NCBI RefSeq assembly: GCF_964355755.1
Contig: NC_092672.1
Location: 26,666,437-26,730,436, forward strand
From: Antedon mediterranea
Taxonomy: Eukaryota; Animalia; Echinodermata
Direction: 5' to 3'
Length of the DNA: 64,000 nt
Position numbers and translations under genes: made by a program. Positions 12,633 through 25,714 of the stretch are shown in pieces. Below the pieces are notes generated by a model. That model worked only from the letters and a program-made list of their open reading frames with translations, ran no database searches and was not told the DNA's origin. Within the stretch, counting starts at the first letter, position 1. Each line of letters opens with the position of its first letter.

Positions 12633-15600
12633 ATGGCTTCAATTAAGAGTAAGGGACAAATGAGTGTATCAGCATTGGGAAGGCCATTTAGACTTGGTAT
12701 GTTGTATGATTGTCGTACTGAGAAACTCATCCCTGGTATTACTCTATGGGATAATGAATTCCTTCAACACCAACTTGTTTCACAACCCCAAGAGTCAGCA
12801 AACTTTACGATACATACTGAAGAGTCTATATCAGATAAAGCCAATGCCCTTGATATTAATGCCAGCTTGAAGCTGAGTTTTCTTGGTGGTCTTATTGAGG
12901 TGTCTGGTTCTGCTAAATATCTTGATGACCGCAAGTCATCCAATTACAAGGCCAGAGTATCGATGCAGTACAAGTGTACCACCAAGTTTGAGGAGTTAAC
13001 AATGGGTCACCTAGGAAAGGGAAAGATCATGCACCATGATGTTTTCGAATACGGGATTGCCACTCATGTTGTGACTGGTATACAGTATGGTGGTCAGGCA
13101 TTCTTCATATTTGAAAAGCAGTTTTCTGAAAGCGAGACTTACAAGAAAGTACATGGAGATTTAATGGTTGCCATTAAAGCTCTACCGGGGATTATAGTTG
13201 ATGGTAGTGCTTCTGTAGACTTGACAGAGGATCTTAAGGATAAAGTAGATGGTTTTGAGTGCACATTTTATGGAGACTTTATTCCTCCCAACAACCCTAC
13301 CACATATCTTGATGCTGTGAAGTTGTATAAGGAGCTTCCAAAACTGATGGGTGTAAAAGCAGACAAGTCAGTTCCTGTTCTCGTCTGGCTTTACCCGCTG
13401 GAAAATTTGGATAGCAAAGCAGCTAAGTTGGTCAGAGAAATCAATGTTACTCTGATTGAAAGTGCAGAAAACACTCTAGAAGAATTACGCGACTTTGAAA
13501 TAAGGTGCAGAGACCTAGCAGTATCTGACCCATGTCAAAGGTTTCCCGATATAAGACACAAAATAAACAACTTCAAGGAAATGGTAGAAGAGTATAAACT
13601 TACTTTTCAGAAGCAATTGATGCAAGTGTTACCTGATATTCGAGGAGGGAGGACAGAAGAAATAGTTTTAGCACACCTTTTAGAGAGAAGAAAAGTATCG
13701 CCTTTTGGTCATAGACACCTTTCCAAATGGGTGGAAGAAGCTGAAGCTCTCGTTCGGGTGGTTGGCACATACGTCAGTAGCATGAGTGAAATACCTTTTG
13801 CAGACACACCTGGTGTTTTGTCAGCAACCATTTTGAACCCAAGTAACAAATATGTCATATGCTTCACAATGCGCTTGGTACAGAAAGAAGAACTACTAAC
13901 AGCCATGCAGAGTTATCTTAAGCAAATCAAAGATGCTGATTACAATTTTGATGGAGAAAATGTATTTTCAGATTCTCTTTATGATGCTCTGGCAGACACA
14001 ATGGTTCAAAATTCACGCCAATTCAAAGAATTTGCCGCAGCAAATAAAGGATCAACGGGAACATATTTTATAATCCATGAAGACAAAAAGGTGCTTGAAA
14101 ATCCAGGAGGTTTCACATTTCTGTATAAAGATGGAAAACTGCTTGATACAAATTTTAAGCCTCCTTCAAAGCCAGGTATACCTACATGTATTGAATCAAC
14201 TCATCATAGCATCCAGTTAGAATGGAAGGTTCCAGATCAGGGCGTCTTAAATATCACCTATTATGAAGTGTCTTATAAGCGACTTAGTATTGATGCAGAT
14301 TGGACCACAGTCTCTACTTCTAGTAAAGAATGTTCATTTACTGTAGATGATCTAAAGATTGCCTCAGTATACCTATTTAAGGTGAAGGCAATTTGCGAAG
14401 TTGGAGTTAGCAAATCTAGTCCAGTTAGCCAACCATTGACGACTCGTCCGACATGTCCTCTTAGTAAACCAGAAGTCCAGGTTCCACCAGGCCTTCATAT
14501 CACTGTTACATGGAGCCCTCCTGATATAATTGCTGAAAATGTGAAGATTAAAGCGTACGAGGTTCAGTATTGCAATCTGGACACAACAGCCAAAACTGGA
14601 CCTAGTAATGTAGATAAAATGACCTGGCAAAAAATGTCCGTTCAAGGCAAGACACTGGAAGCAAACCACAAAGCTATAAATAACACTATATATAGATATC
14701 GAGTCCGAGCTGACTGTGGTGATGCTGGAAAAAGCAAATATAGTCCGATAAGTGAAAATATCTGCCTAAATATTTCACCAGAAGAAATAACAAAGGAGAA
14801 TATTTTGCTGAAGTCAAAGTGTGTTCACAACGGCTCACCATTATTGTATGAACTAGAATTGAAGGAGGTTGTAAGAAGAGAATCAGAAAAAATCCACAAA
14901 TATGAGTTTGGAGATCATAACAGAAACACAAAAGCTACCGAAAAAGTTATTATGGTTGTAGGTGCAACGGGAGCAGGGAAGACAACCCTTATCAATGGGC
15001 TGATCAATTATGTATTTGGTGTAAAATGGGAGGACCGTTATCGTTTTAAACTGATTCATGAACGTTTCAAAACTACACAGGCACTTTCACAGACATCGTC
15101 CATAACTTCCTACACAATCCATCATCAGAAGGATTTCCAGGTACCCTATACGCTGACCATCATTGATACCCCAGGATTTGGTGACACATCAGGTATCAGC
15201 CGAGATAAAGAGATAACCAAGCAAATTCACAGCTTCTTTTCTACTAAAGGAGTAGGTGGTATCGACCATATAGATGCCATAGGATTTGTGGCTCAAGCTT
15301 CATTAGCAAGACTCACACCAACACAGAAATATGTTTTTGACTCAATCTTGTCACTGTTTGGGAAGGATATTGCTGATAACATCTTTATTCTAGTCACCTT
15401 TGCAGATGGCAAGAAACCACCAGTTATGGCAGGTATCAAGGAAGCTGAGCTTCCATATAAAGCCTACTTCAAGTTCAATAATTCTGCTTTGTTTGCTCAA
15501 AATAGTCCTGGTGGTAAGGTCGGGAAGGATGAAGAGAGTGATGAGGATGAAGAAGAGGATGGAGGATTTGATACTATGTTCTGGCAAATGGGAACAAACA

Positions 15601-16517
15601 GTTTCAAACGGTTCTTAGACAAGCTGGGAGCAATTGAGCCCAAGAGCTTGGTATTGACCAAGGGTGTCTTGGATGAGCGCAGTCAATTGGAAACATACAT
15701 TGTTGGGATACAGAGTGGAATCCAAACAGGACTAAATAAACTTGAACAACTGAAGAAGGAAGATGAAGTTCTTCGTCAGCACCAGAAAGATATTGACATG
15801 AATAAAAATTTTCAGTACACAGTTGAAGAGGAAATAGCTGTTCATTATGAAATTCCATCTGGTACATACATCACCAACTGCCTAACATGCAACAGAACAT
15901 GTCACTATCCTTGTGGTATACCAGACAATAAATCTAAAAGAGAGTGTGCTGCAATGAGTGACGGTAAATGTCGGTCATGCAGAAACAATTGTCACTGGAC
16001 GATGCATAAAAATATGCAAACGAAAATTGAGCTTGAAAAGCGTGAAGTCACGAAAGATTCTGAAGATTTAAAGAAGCGTTACGAGGATGCAAAAGGTGCA
16101 AAAATGACTGCTGAGCAAATCATGAACAAAATTGCAGAGGAATTTGAAAATGTCCAATTTAATGTTCTCGAACTGACCTATGAGGTGCGTAAGAGTCTAA
16201 ATCGCCTTCAGGAAATTGCTCTAGTGCCAAATCCATTGTCATCAGTTGAATATATTGATATCCTAATCCAAAATGCAAAAGATGAAGCAAAACCAGGATG
16301 GATTGAAAATGTCCAAGAACTTCAAAATTTGAGAAAAAATGCCGAAGTTTTGAAGAATGTCGAAGATGACAATTTTCATCCGTTTCAGCAGTACAAAAGT
16401 ATTCAGGATACATTACCAAGAAGTAAAAATGAAGGTACACTCAGCAGATTCAAAAAGTGGTTAAAATCCAAATTCCTTTCCGGCCCGACTCTCGACACGC
16501 TCCCAAATAAAATGTGA
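12633..16517 (+). CDS. Stonustoxin/neoverrucotoxin-like MACPF protein fused to 2x FN3, AIG1/septin-like GTPase, Cys/His-rich region and coiled coil (paralogue 1, 1294 aa from the first ATG)
   Basis: N-terminus ALGRPFRLGMLYDCR..KLIPG.TLWD and ATHVVTGIQYG match stonustoxin subunits. FN3 motifs: PPSKPG..IQLEWKVP..YEVSY..Y.FKVKA and ITVTWSPP..YEVQY..YRYRVRA. GTPase motifs: G1 GATGAGKT, G3 DTPGFGD, G4-like TFAD. Cys/His motif TNCLTCNRTCHYPC...CHW..H. The frame is open back to the acceptor, so an upstream exon could extend it. Confidence 0.92.
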   Translation: MASIKSKGQMSVSALGRPFRLGMLYDCRTEKLIPGITLWDNEFLQHQLVSQPQESANFTIHTEESISDKANALDINASLKLSFLGGLIEVSGSAKYLDDRKSSNYKARVSMQYKCTTKFEELTMGHLGKGKIMHHDVFEYGIATHVVTGIQYGGQAFFIFEKQFSESETYKKVHGDLMVAIKALPGIIVDGSASVDLTEDLKDKVDGFECTFYGDFIPPNNPTTYLDAVKLYKELPKLMGVKADKSVPVLVWLYPLENLDSKAAKLVREINVTLIESAENTLEELRDFEIRCRDLAVSDPCQRFPDIRHKINNFKEMVEEYKLTFQKQLMQVLPDIRGGRTEEIVLAHLLERRKVSPFGHRHLSKWVEEAEALVRVVGTYVSSMSEIPFADTPGVLSATILNPSNKYVICFTMRLVQKEELLTAMQSYLKQIKDADYNFDGENVFSDSLYDALADTMVQNSRQFKEFAAANKGSTGTYFIIHEDKKVLENPGGFTFLYKDGKLLDTNFKPPSKPGIPTCIESTHHSIQLEWKVPDQGVLNITYYEVSYKRLSIDADWTTVSTSSKECSFTVDDLKIASVYLFKVKAICEVGVSKSSPVSQPLTTRPTCPLSKPEVQVPPGLHITVTWSPPDIIAENVKIKAYEVQYCNLDTTAKTGPSNVDKMTWQKMSVQGKTLEANHKAINNTIYRYRVRADCGDAGKSKYSPISENICLNISPEEITKENILLKSKCVHNGSPLLYELELKEVVRRESEKIHKYEFGDHNRNTKATEKVIMVVGATGAGKTTLINGLINYVFGVKWEDRYRFKLIHERFKTTQALSQTSSITSYTIHHQKDFQVPYTLTIIDTPGFGDTSGISRDKEITKQIHSFFSTKGVGGIDHIDAIGFVAQASLARLTPTQKYVFDSILSLFGKDIADNIFILVTFADGKKPPVMAGIKEAELPYKAYFKFNNSALFAQNSPGGKVGKDEESDEDEEEDGGFDTMFWQMGTNSFKRFLDKLGAIEPKSLVLTKGVLDERSQLETYIVGIQSGIQTGLNKLEQLKKEDEVLRQHQKDIDMNKNFQYTVEEEIAVHYEIPSGTYITNCLTCNRTCHYPCGIPDNKSKRECAAMSDGKCRSCRNNCHWTMHKNMQTKIELEKREVTKDSEDLKKRYEDAKGAKMTAEQIMNKIAEEFENVQFNVLELTYEVRKSLNRLQEIALVPNPLSSVEYIDILIQNAKDEAKPGWIENVQELQNLRKNAEVLKNVEDDNFHPFQQYKSIQDTLPRSKNEGTLSRFKKWLKSKFLSGPTLDTLPNKM

Positions 16518-19500
16518 AAAATATGCTTGCTTTGTGATCATTTAAGCTTAAAATACGAAACCATTTTCTGTTTTACAGCAGTCTTTTTAAAAAAAGCTTT
16601 GCAAAAAATGAAACATGTAGGCATTATGTCTATACATAAGAGATTCTATATAATCTTGAGCAAAGAAACATAAAATCAGCAAACTGAAAAAAATTTAATC
16701 TAAAGCAAACAAATGCTTAAATTGTCAGACAATGGTTTTTGGTTATAAGTAACTGTTTCTTTTGTGAAATAATTTTTTTTGTACAGAAGTGAATAACTTT
16801 AAGCATGTTTAATTCAGATTCAGATTCAGATAACATTTATTCAGATAATAATGAATGAACATATACAAAATAGAAAAAAGATATTAAAGTGAACATAGAT
16901 AAAGCAGTAATTGGTAGTCACTATTATCCCAGTCCCACAAACAAAACACATTACTAAAAATAAAAATAAACATAGAGTATATAATTATATAATTGAGGAT
17001 AAACATTACAGTATAATAACATAACTAACATCTTCTTTAATTTAATTATTTAAAATTATATTTCTATATTTTCATGATATAAATGAAATAAATACCGACA
17101 TCGGTAAATGAAAAAAATATATACACATATACATACATACATACATAATTGAAAGTGATTACATTAAAAAACATGGACACTATGACAACATTTTCAAAAA
17201 AACTATTTCTAAATAAGAAATATTTATTACAACAAACGGCGCTTGACTGTTTGACGTAACAATTTCAATTATTTTTCTTTCTTCAGAAATAATGATTTAT
17301 TTTCAATTATTTTTTTTAACAATCTGCAGTAAACATGTTGTGTAAATATAGTCTGGCCAACAAAAATATAACAATAAACTAAAATACAGTAATGAACTTG
17401 AATGTACATATTCCAGGGTAGGGGAATTACTCCCTAAGGTCATAGTAATCCGGCCCGCATACTATACTAGGTAGGCCTATAACGATGATGCAAAATTAAA
17501 AATTATTATTTTTCGAGCAAATTATACATTGCTTGTTAGTATTTTGTTTTAATATTATAATAAAGAAAGAATTATGAAAATCTGACTTGTAATTTTCGGA
17601 ATATAGGGTCAAAAACATCACCGTGTTTATTTAACCTCATTCAAAGAATTTCAGTAAATTATTTTTCCACGTAATGGACAATCCTTAGAGACAACGTGAT
17701 TTCAGGGCATATGTGAGGAAATGTGTACGAAGTGTGTTGATTCGCGTCAGCCAATCAAAGGGTGAGAATTTAAAAATAGACTCTCTTTTCTCAGATGTAC
17801 TTTGGTTCGAGCAGCATGGACCTATAAATTAGTCGAGTATACAAATTCTCACAAACCGATGTTAATCGTAATTATACAGTTTCCTAATGATTCCGTCCTA
17901 CAGGCGCGGCGCGAAAAATCAGTCAGTGTTGTTTTGATACATTACACTTTTTAATTCATTCATTCATTCATAATAACATTTATTTCTTATCTTTCAAAGT
18001 AAACAAAATAACAATTTAAATATAAATAAGGAGGCAAAACCCAGAAAGTAATAACATTTGGAGGTATTAAGTATGTATACTCAATAAAAACACCAGAAAT
18101 AGAAAGATCTGGAAAATTTACAAAAAAACATTTAACATTTTTTTCTTTTAAACATTTACATTTTTTTTTAAGTTAAGAAAAGAAATTTTTATGATTATTG
18201 AAATATTTCACCTCTTTTGCATGTAAAAGAATGGGAAATTACATGATATCCCCCAAATAGCAGAAGGGCGTGATTTTCAAGAAAATTGGATACATTGAAA
18301 ACAATTTCAAAAAAAGGATACAGTTGAATAAAAATGTGTTAAACAATCTTTTTAGAAAGACCTTTGTTAAAAAAGAAATATGTTTGTCTAAAAGTATTCT
18401 ATATTTCATTATTGTCATCGTTGTTATTAGTAGTCTTGTATTCGTTCTACTTTTATTTCTTTTGTAGACATTTTACCCACTTTCATTTATAAAATTAACA
18501 TAAGCATAATATTTACTAAAATATATCTTATACATAATAATAGTGTTACCATAATTATAGTTTTCTTAAATTCATATCTTTATCTAGTTTTTATTTATTG
18601 CATTTTTTATAACAATAATAGTTTTAACTTAATGTTTGTATAATACATATGTAATAACATTTTCATTGATACCTTATATTCTTTATCTATTTTATTTTTT
18701 ATATTTTATAGAAATATTTATAACATTTTCTCTTGAAATTTTCTTATACATAATTATAATTGTTTATGTGTGTTGTTCTTTTACATGTAAAAGGATAATA
18801 TTTAGTTAAAAAGATAACTTATTTAATAAAATGTTATTCATATTATTATAATCACAATTTAAAATCGTTTTACTGTTCTCTGCTCCCTGTTACAAATGCT
18901 AGTTAAGTGAAGTATTGTTTGAAATTATATTTAATGCCGATGATAACTTTGTTAACATGAAATAAGGCAACTTACATACATCAGAATAGTGTTGGATTTG
19001 GATGGAACAATTGAGTTAACGTTACCATTGTCATTTGCAAAAAATAAGAAATAAATAGGAATAATCTAGTTTTAAATCTATTCAGTTTTACAAACATTGA
19101 TTATTTACATTTAGTATGTGCCTTTTTTAACAATAATTGTATGATTTAGTAATGTACTGTTGTAACATACATTTTACGCTTTAGAAAAGAACAAATGCTT
19201 ATGTGTTTCATTCCTTTAATCGATCTTTCAGATCTCCTAAAATCCCCTTATCGAGTGGGTGAATTGTAGTATGTGTTAAGTATTCAGTGGAACATGAAAT
19301 TGCAATTTCTGTCCAGGATTCAATATACTGTAACTGCCAATATGATTTACAACCCATTGAAACTAATATTATTTGAATACTATTTTTAATATAGTTAAAA
19401 CTAGTACTAGATTAGATATTTGATTCTACTAACGAAGTAGATATGATCGATGCAATATTCAATATAGTCAAAAAGTGATCAGTATTCTATTAGACTCGGG

Positions 19501-19889
19501 ATAATATCCAGTTTCCTGTGCACATAATACCAGTACTGTATGAAGGACTCGGAATCAAATCGAGTGGGAGAATTCAAATAACAACACTGCGTTGCGACCG
19601 GTTAGACATGTTCTCATGATTCAATTACATTTGAAATTGCAAAATAAACATAATTTCCAAAGTTGAAAGAGGAATAATTTTACGAAACATTATGGATTAC
19701 TAAAGAATTTAAAATCGTAAATGACGATTTTTTTAATGATTCACATGTGTACTAATCAAATTTATTTCAAGGAAATAAGAAACAATTATAAAGGAAAACT
19801 AATCTAATATGGACTTTTGAGAAATCTATTTCTTGCGAAATTAAAATATCGAGCATGCAATATACAATAACAAACAAGAGCGCCACTGG

Positions 19890-20339
19890 CAGCAAAGATT
19901 GTATAGCGGCGCTACACGGCGCAAGATAGATAACTGTTGTCAAGCCTCTATCTTATAACACTACGCGCCCAGTAAATCCATGGACGCAATTCAGGTTGAC
20001 AGGTTATTATTGTGACTTAAATGTAAATGGTTTAAATTTTGCGGTCCGCCTCGAAGTATCTGTGGTTAACCATCTTGAGGATTGATTCATGGAAAAGGGA
20101 AGAAATTATGTAAACAAAGTAAAATAAAGGTTTCTTTGGGATCTGGACACTTTCCGATTAATTCTGTGTCTTTACATTGAAATGCTTGGTTAGACAACTT
20201 CGTTCTTTGACCGAAACATCGTACGATATTGCCTTGACAACGACTTTATTCCTGTTCAATTTTTCCGCCGGAATGGCGTCCATGGATTACAAACGTTACC
20301 TATCTTGCGCCGCGTAGCAGCGCTATACAATCTTTGCTG
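19890..20339. mobile_element. MITE with about 40-bp TIRs
   Basis: CAGCAAAGATTGTATAGCGGCGCTACACGGCGCAAGATAG and CTATCTTGCGCCGCGTAGCAGCGCTATACAATCTTTGCTG. Confidence 0.85.
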
Positions 20340-21829
20340 GCAGCAGGTCATCGACCATGATGTACTGAATTATTTCGAACATAAATGCCGAACCGGATGG
20401 AGGTATAGTAATCTCATGCGCTCATCATTTATTACAAAATACATAAGAAAATATCATACATAAAAGTAATATGTGTGAACAGGGAAAGAAACTTTCTGTT
20501 TTCTCTAACTTAAGAATACAGTAAACTTAAATTCACTTTATGCGTAACTTTTGAGTTTCTTTACTAGGGTAGGAGGCACTCAGTCCGGGATGCGATTTTT
20601 TTTTTCGTACATAAGTTGGGGACCCCTCATGAAACGTCACAAAATAAACATGAATAATTCATCAGTTAAAGCCCCATTCCCTACGTTTTTTAGATCTAAT
20701 TTAAGATCACAAACTATATTTAATGTAAAAATAATACTATATGGTCCTATTGCGATAACTTTTTTCGTCTTTAAACGGTTAAAAATGTGAAAAATAAATC
20801 GATTTTAATAATTATAGCGGCCCGCTATAAATCCCAAAATGCATTGCGCGCGGATTGATATTGTTGTTTTTCACCTGTAATTCGCCCACTTTTCGATCGA
20901 TCGTGAAGCCAAAACAAATGGAAGACTCCTAACTTTTCAGCGAAAATACCGGGTTTTCCCCAATTTGTATCAACGGAGTCTGGCAAAAATAGAAAGACAA
21001 TTAATGCAGCAACTATACAACGTCAGGCTAGGTATATAGCTAGCGTACGATGTTCGTACGTTACCGATGTTTACCAGCTAGGCCTACAAAACTAAGCCTA
21101 GCTAGGCTAGGCCTGAGACCGTCCACGAGAGGTCGATCGCCGCGAGCTACTTATGTAGTGCATTGTTTCTCACTTTTTATCATAATTTACCATAAAACGT
21201 ACATTTAAGACAAGGAATGACATGGTTTAATGTTTTTAAAGTGATATATATGTATTATTTTCCAAAAAACGTCCAAAATTGCAGGGAAGGGGTCTTTAAA
21301 TTTGTTGTTCCGTGTGCACCCAAGCGTATAGCAACAAGAAGTGGTTACACAAGTGCGGTACGATTTTAGGCCTATCTCCGCTGTTGTTGCGGCGTGCGAT
21401 TTCATAGAAGAATAGCGGCGTTTTGTGTGGATTGTCAAAATAATCAGCCTTTAGTTTATGGTGTTTTAATATAATTTATTACTAAAGAACTACGTGTTAA
21501 AATTATAGTTTCTATTCATACTATTAGGCCTAATTATTAGTCTCTAAACCCATGTCTATTCTAGTAGTAGCTGTGTGGGTGTGTGTGACGTGTGTGTGTT
21601 AGGTATGACACAATCCGAGTAATAAGTCAGCAAAATTAAACAATAAACATTACACAAAAATACATTTTTTATTCTCGTGGGTCTAATCTTCCCATCTCAT
21701 GTGTTCATATACGCGCATTTTTAAAGTTCCTTTGAGTACATGTAGGCTAGTCAATCTAGCATTTTGAGTGAAACAAATTGCAAACAGAGATTTTTTTTTT
21801 TAAATGGTTACATATGATAAGGTAATTAT

Positions 21830-22680
21830 TTTTTGAGCATCACACCTCTGACACTCATCCCGAAGGTATGCAAATTAGCTTAAATATGCAAATTAGGGTG
21901 AAATTACAGGGTTACTATATCTTAAAAACTACTAATCGTAGAGAGTTCATTTTTGCACAGTCTGGTTCAGAATATATATATTTATATTTGCTCTAATGAG
22001 ACAAATTTTGACCCTTGACCCTATTTCTCAATATTTACATAAATATGTGATTAAAATTTCTGTAGAGACTTTATTTTGGACTCAATGACTTGGATATTGT
22101 TTTTCAATACCCACCATAGAACTGTATTATAATTCCTAAAATCACAACTTCGTCACGCACCTTGAAAGTATGCAAATTAGTAGTATAAGTAATATTAAAT
22201 ATGCAAATTAGGGAGTGAAATTACACCGTTGCCATATCTCGAAAACCGCTAATGCTAGAGTGTTGATTTTTTCACTAAAATATTTAAAATGTATATATTT
22301 ATATTTGCTGTAATGAGACATTTTACAAAAAAATGCCCGGAACTATAACATTTGACCCTCGACCCCATTTCTCAATATTGCATATATAATGAAAACTAAA
22401 ATGTCTGTAGAGACTTTGTTTTGCCCTCAAATGACTCAGATACAGGTTTCTAATAGCCAACATAGGAATGTTTAGTAAATCTCAAAATCACACCTGTATC
22501 ACTCACCTTCAAAGTATGCAAATTATTAGTACAAGTTACATGAAATATGCAAATTAGAGGGTGAAATTACAGGTTCCTATATGTATCGAAAACCGCTAAG
22601 GTAGAGAGTTGATTTTTTCAAAAACTTGTTCAGAATGTACATATTTATATTTGCTCTAATGAAACATTTTACGAAAAAAA
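21830..22680. repeat. Diverged tandem repeat of about 310-350 bp (about 3 copies), probably the interior of a DNA transposon starting near 20565
   Basis: AAGTATGCAAATTAG...AAATATGCAAATTAG..GTGAAATTACA recurs at about 21865, 22166 and 22512. TTTGACCCT.GACCC and CTGTAGAGACTTT also recur. Confidence 0.7.
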
Positions 22681-23174
22681 AAACCTTATTTTCTTTAATT
22701 TGCAAAAAAAAAAAAAAAAAAAAAAAAATAGCCCACCAAAGAGAACTAAACAAAGAAGTATGTGGGCTTCTTAGAGGTTTTACGGTATATGCTACTTATT
22801 TTGTCCATGGTTGAACCGAATAAACAATCTGTATAAATATATAAAAACAACCCAATCCACTTTGTTTCAAGTTTATTAGGTTGAAATAATATGAAAATCT
22901 ATTGATTAAAAAAAAAATCTTTGCCATAAAATACTTGTTTCTTTTGTATAATAAGAAATGAAGCAGCAATTTGCATTTTGTTTCTAATTATTGATTTACT
23001 ACAACTGTAATAATGTGAGTACATACCATCGATGTTAGACAACCAATGTAAGAAAACTAAAAGTATGATGTAATAAAGTTATAGACATAAAACAGTCTAC
23101 AATAACAACATTTGTAATATACATCAATGAAATAAGTATTTATTTGTTTTCCATAATCTATCTGTATGATATTC

Positions 23175-24200
23175 TTATTTAATAACAAAAAGGTTCCAGT
23201 ATGTTAAACTAAACGGTATTTTATCTGATAAAAGAACTGTTAGCATTGGCACGCCACAAGGGTCTGTTATCTCCCCAATGTTGTTTTCACTGTTCACCAG
23301 CAGTTTCAGAGCCAATTCAAATGAATGTTGTATAGTAAAATATGCAGATGACACAGTCATCACTGGATACATTACTGGCAATGATGAAACAAGCTATAGA
23401 CAACTAGGATGTGATTTTTATCACTGGTGCTGCAATAACAACCTGAAACTAAACATAAAGAAAACAAAAGAAATGCAAATTGATTTTAGGAAAATTAAAG
23501 AACCCTTAGAACCTCTGATTATAAATGAAAATGAGATTGAAGTAGTAAATGAGTACAAATATCTGGGTTGTATAATTGACAATAAGCTAAATTGGATAAA
23601 TAATGTAAATAAAGCCACATGCAAAGCCAACCAAAGGATGTTTATTTTAAGAAAAATGAAGTACCTACAAATTGACAAAACTATACTTAAATTGTTTTAT
23701 AACTCTGTAATTCTCAGTGTAATACTTTTTTGTAATGTTTGTTTTTATGGTAATACAATGCAAAAAGATAAAATTAAACTTAATCGAATAGGAAATAGAG
23801 CAATTAGACTAGTAGGAGAGCACTTACCTGATGTTGAATCCTTGTATAAAGAAAATGTGTTAAAAAAAGTAAAAAGTATCATTGATGATGAAACACATCC
23901 TCTTCACAAACAATTTGCTCTCATGAATTCTGGCATAAGACTACGTGCACTTAATACCAAAACAAAACGGTTTAGGTGCTCGTTTGTACCTAATGCTATA
24001 CACTTATATAACTCCAGAGTACAAAGGTAAAATGTAATTGTAACCGATAATTTTTATCTAATTTTAACAATTTTTAGCCTCTTAACTTTTTGTGTGTGTT
24101 TTTGTAAATTGTATTTTATATTTTTGTATTTTGCCAGTTTTCAAATCACATTTCTGTTTTTTAAATGGACAATAAAGTATATATGACTATGACTATGACT
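23175..24200 (+). mobile_element. 5'-truncated Rex1/Babar-type LINE (RT C-terminal half, frame intact to 24030)
   Basis: GTPQGSVISPMLFSLFT, KYADD, LNIKKTKEMQIDFRK, YKYLG, HPLH...SG.RLR...RF..SFVP.AI. 3' UTR has AATAAA and a (TATGAC)n tail. Confidence 0.88.
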
Positions 24201-24603
24201 AATAATTTATTTTATAGTGGTTCATTGTTGTCCAGTATAAACTTGTTGATAAATTCTTATATTTGTTTAGAACAATAACTGTGGATGACGAAATCAATAA
24301 AGATGAAAATGTGTGATTAGCAGGTAATAAAGTATAGTTACCAGATGGTACTCTATATAATAGTGTCAGTTTAAACGAACAGTGTACTGGAAAGTTAACG
24401 GATTCAAAATAAATTTCATACAATACATGCAATGATCTTTTTTATCATCATCAATTTAAATGATTATCCTATGTAGTTCTAGGAAGTGTTTTCTCTAGGG
24501 ATATTTATTATTTCTTGTCGTTTGTTATCGTCCTAGTTTAAACAACACTACATTTATTGCACATTAAAACCTTCTCTGCTGTTATATTATTGTTTAACAA
24601 CAA

Positions 24604-25410
24604 TTTTTAGTCGCGTGGAAGCGACTCTATAGTTCACTATGTCGGTCGGTTGGTCGGTCTGTCTGTCTGTCTGTCGGTCTGTCTGTCGGTCCGGTATCAC
24701 TATGCGTTTTATCGCTTTCTGACCTTATCTTGATATCAGTTTAATCTAGCTAAATCAATTTTTCACAGAATATTCCTTATGGCCAGGAATCGATGTGGTT
24801 ATGTTTTCACGGTGCGCAATAAAACATTACGCGGTCTACGCACGATTTAACGAAATCACGTTTGTAATCATATCTTAACAACCATGAATCACAATTAAAT
24901 AAAATTTGGTACTAATAAATTTCAGGGCATAAAATAATCATATGGCAATACAATTACGTGCGTAGCGCATGTAACGCATGCGTACGCGCGCTTAAAATTT
25001 TCAAAATTTATTTTCGATGAAATAAGAGTACATTTCAGGCAATTTTAAGCGTTTACAAAATTGCCATGAGTGCGCATATTTTTGCGCGCGCACTGCGCGT
25101 TAAATGTTATTGCGCATTCTTTTTGCCCGATTTCTGTTTTCTTGACTTACTTTTCAACTCGAAATTACGTTATACGAGCACGTCGAAAGTGACAGGCTAC
25201 GCACGTGTAAATTAAAAAAATATAAATGTTTTTAAACATTTCAACATTTTTAAACATGTTCAGTAATTTCGGTCAGTATAGTTCACTATGTCGGTTGGTC
25301 GGTCTGTCTGTCTGTCGGTCTGTCTGTCGGTCTGTCTGTTGGTCTGTCTGTCCGGTATCACTATGCATTGTAGCACGCGACTTAATGGCTGTTGGCCTTG
25401 TTTTTTTTCA
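24604..25410 (+). mobile_element. Helentron-associated non-autonomous element (DINE-1/HINE-like)
   Basis: Starts in a T-run with subterminal repeat TTTTAGTCGCGT and a short inverted partner GCGACT. Two (GTCT/GTCG)n microsatellite blocks. 3' ACGCGACTTA plus hairpin GGCTGTTGGCC ending in a T-run. Confidence 0.75.
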
Positions 25411-25714
25411 TTTCTAAACCCTTTATTTCTGAATCATTTATTGCTTGGTATTTTTTTACTTAATTTTAACTTAAACTTGTTTTTTTTTAAACGTTTTAAA
25501 ATTTTACAATTGTACATTTGTCTTTCTTGTGCTATCCCTTGTTATTGCTTGTCATTGTGCATTTGGCTGCCTTTTGTTTGTACTATTTTGTTATGAATTT
25601 TTATGAATAAATAATATATTTTAAATCTTTACAAATACACTTATATTTAAAATAATTAGAATTGTCTTTTAAGCAAATAAACAATTACATACACATTTAA
25701 TTATTCCTAAGTTT

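Noticed and set aside
12633-16517. Bacterial origin or contamination suggested by long intronless ORFs
   Set aside because: Splice acceptors with a branch point, animal-type SNTX/FN3 domains and embedding among animal transposons argue against it.
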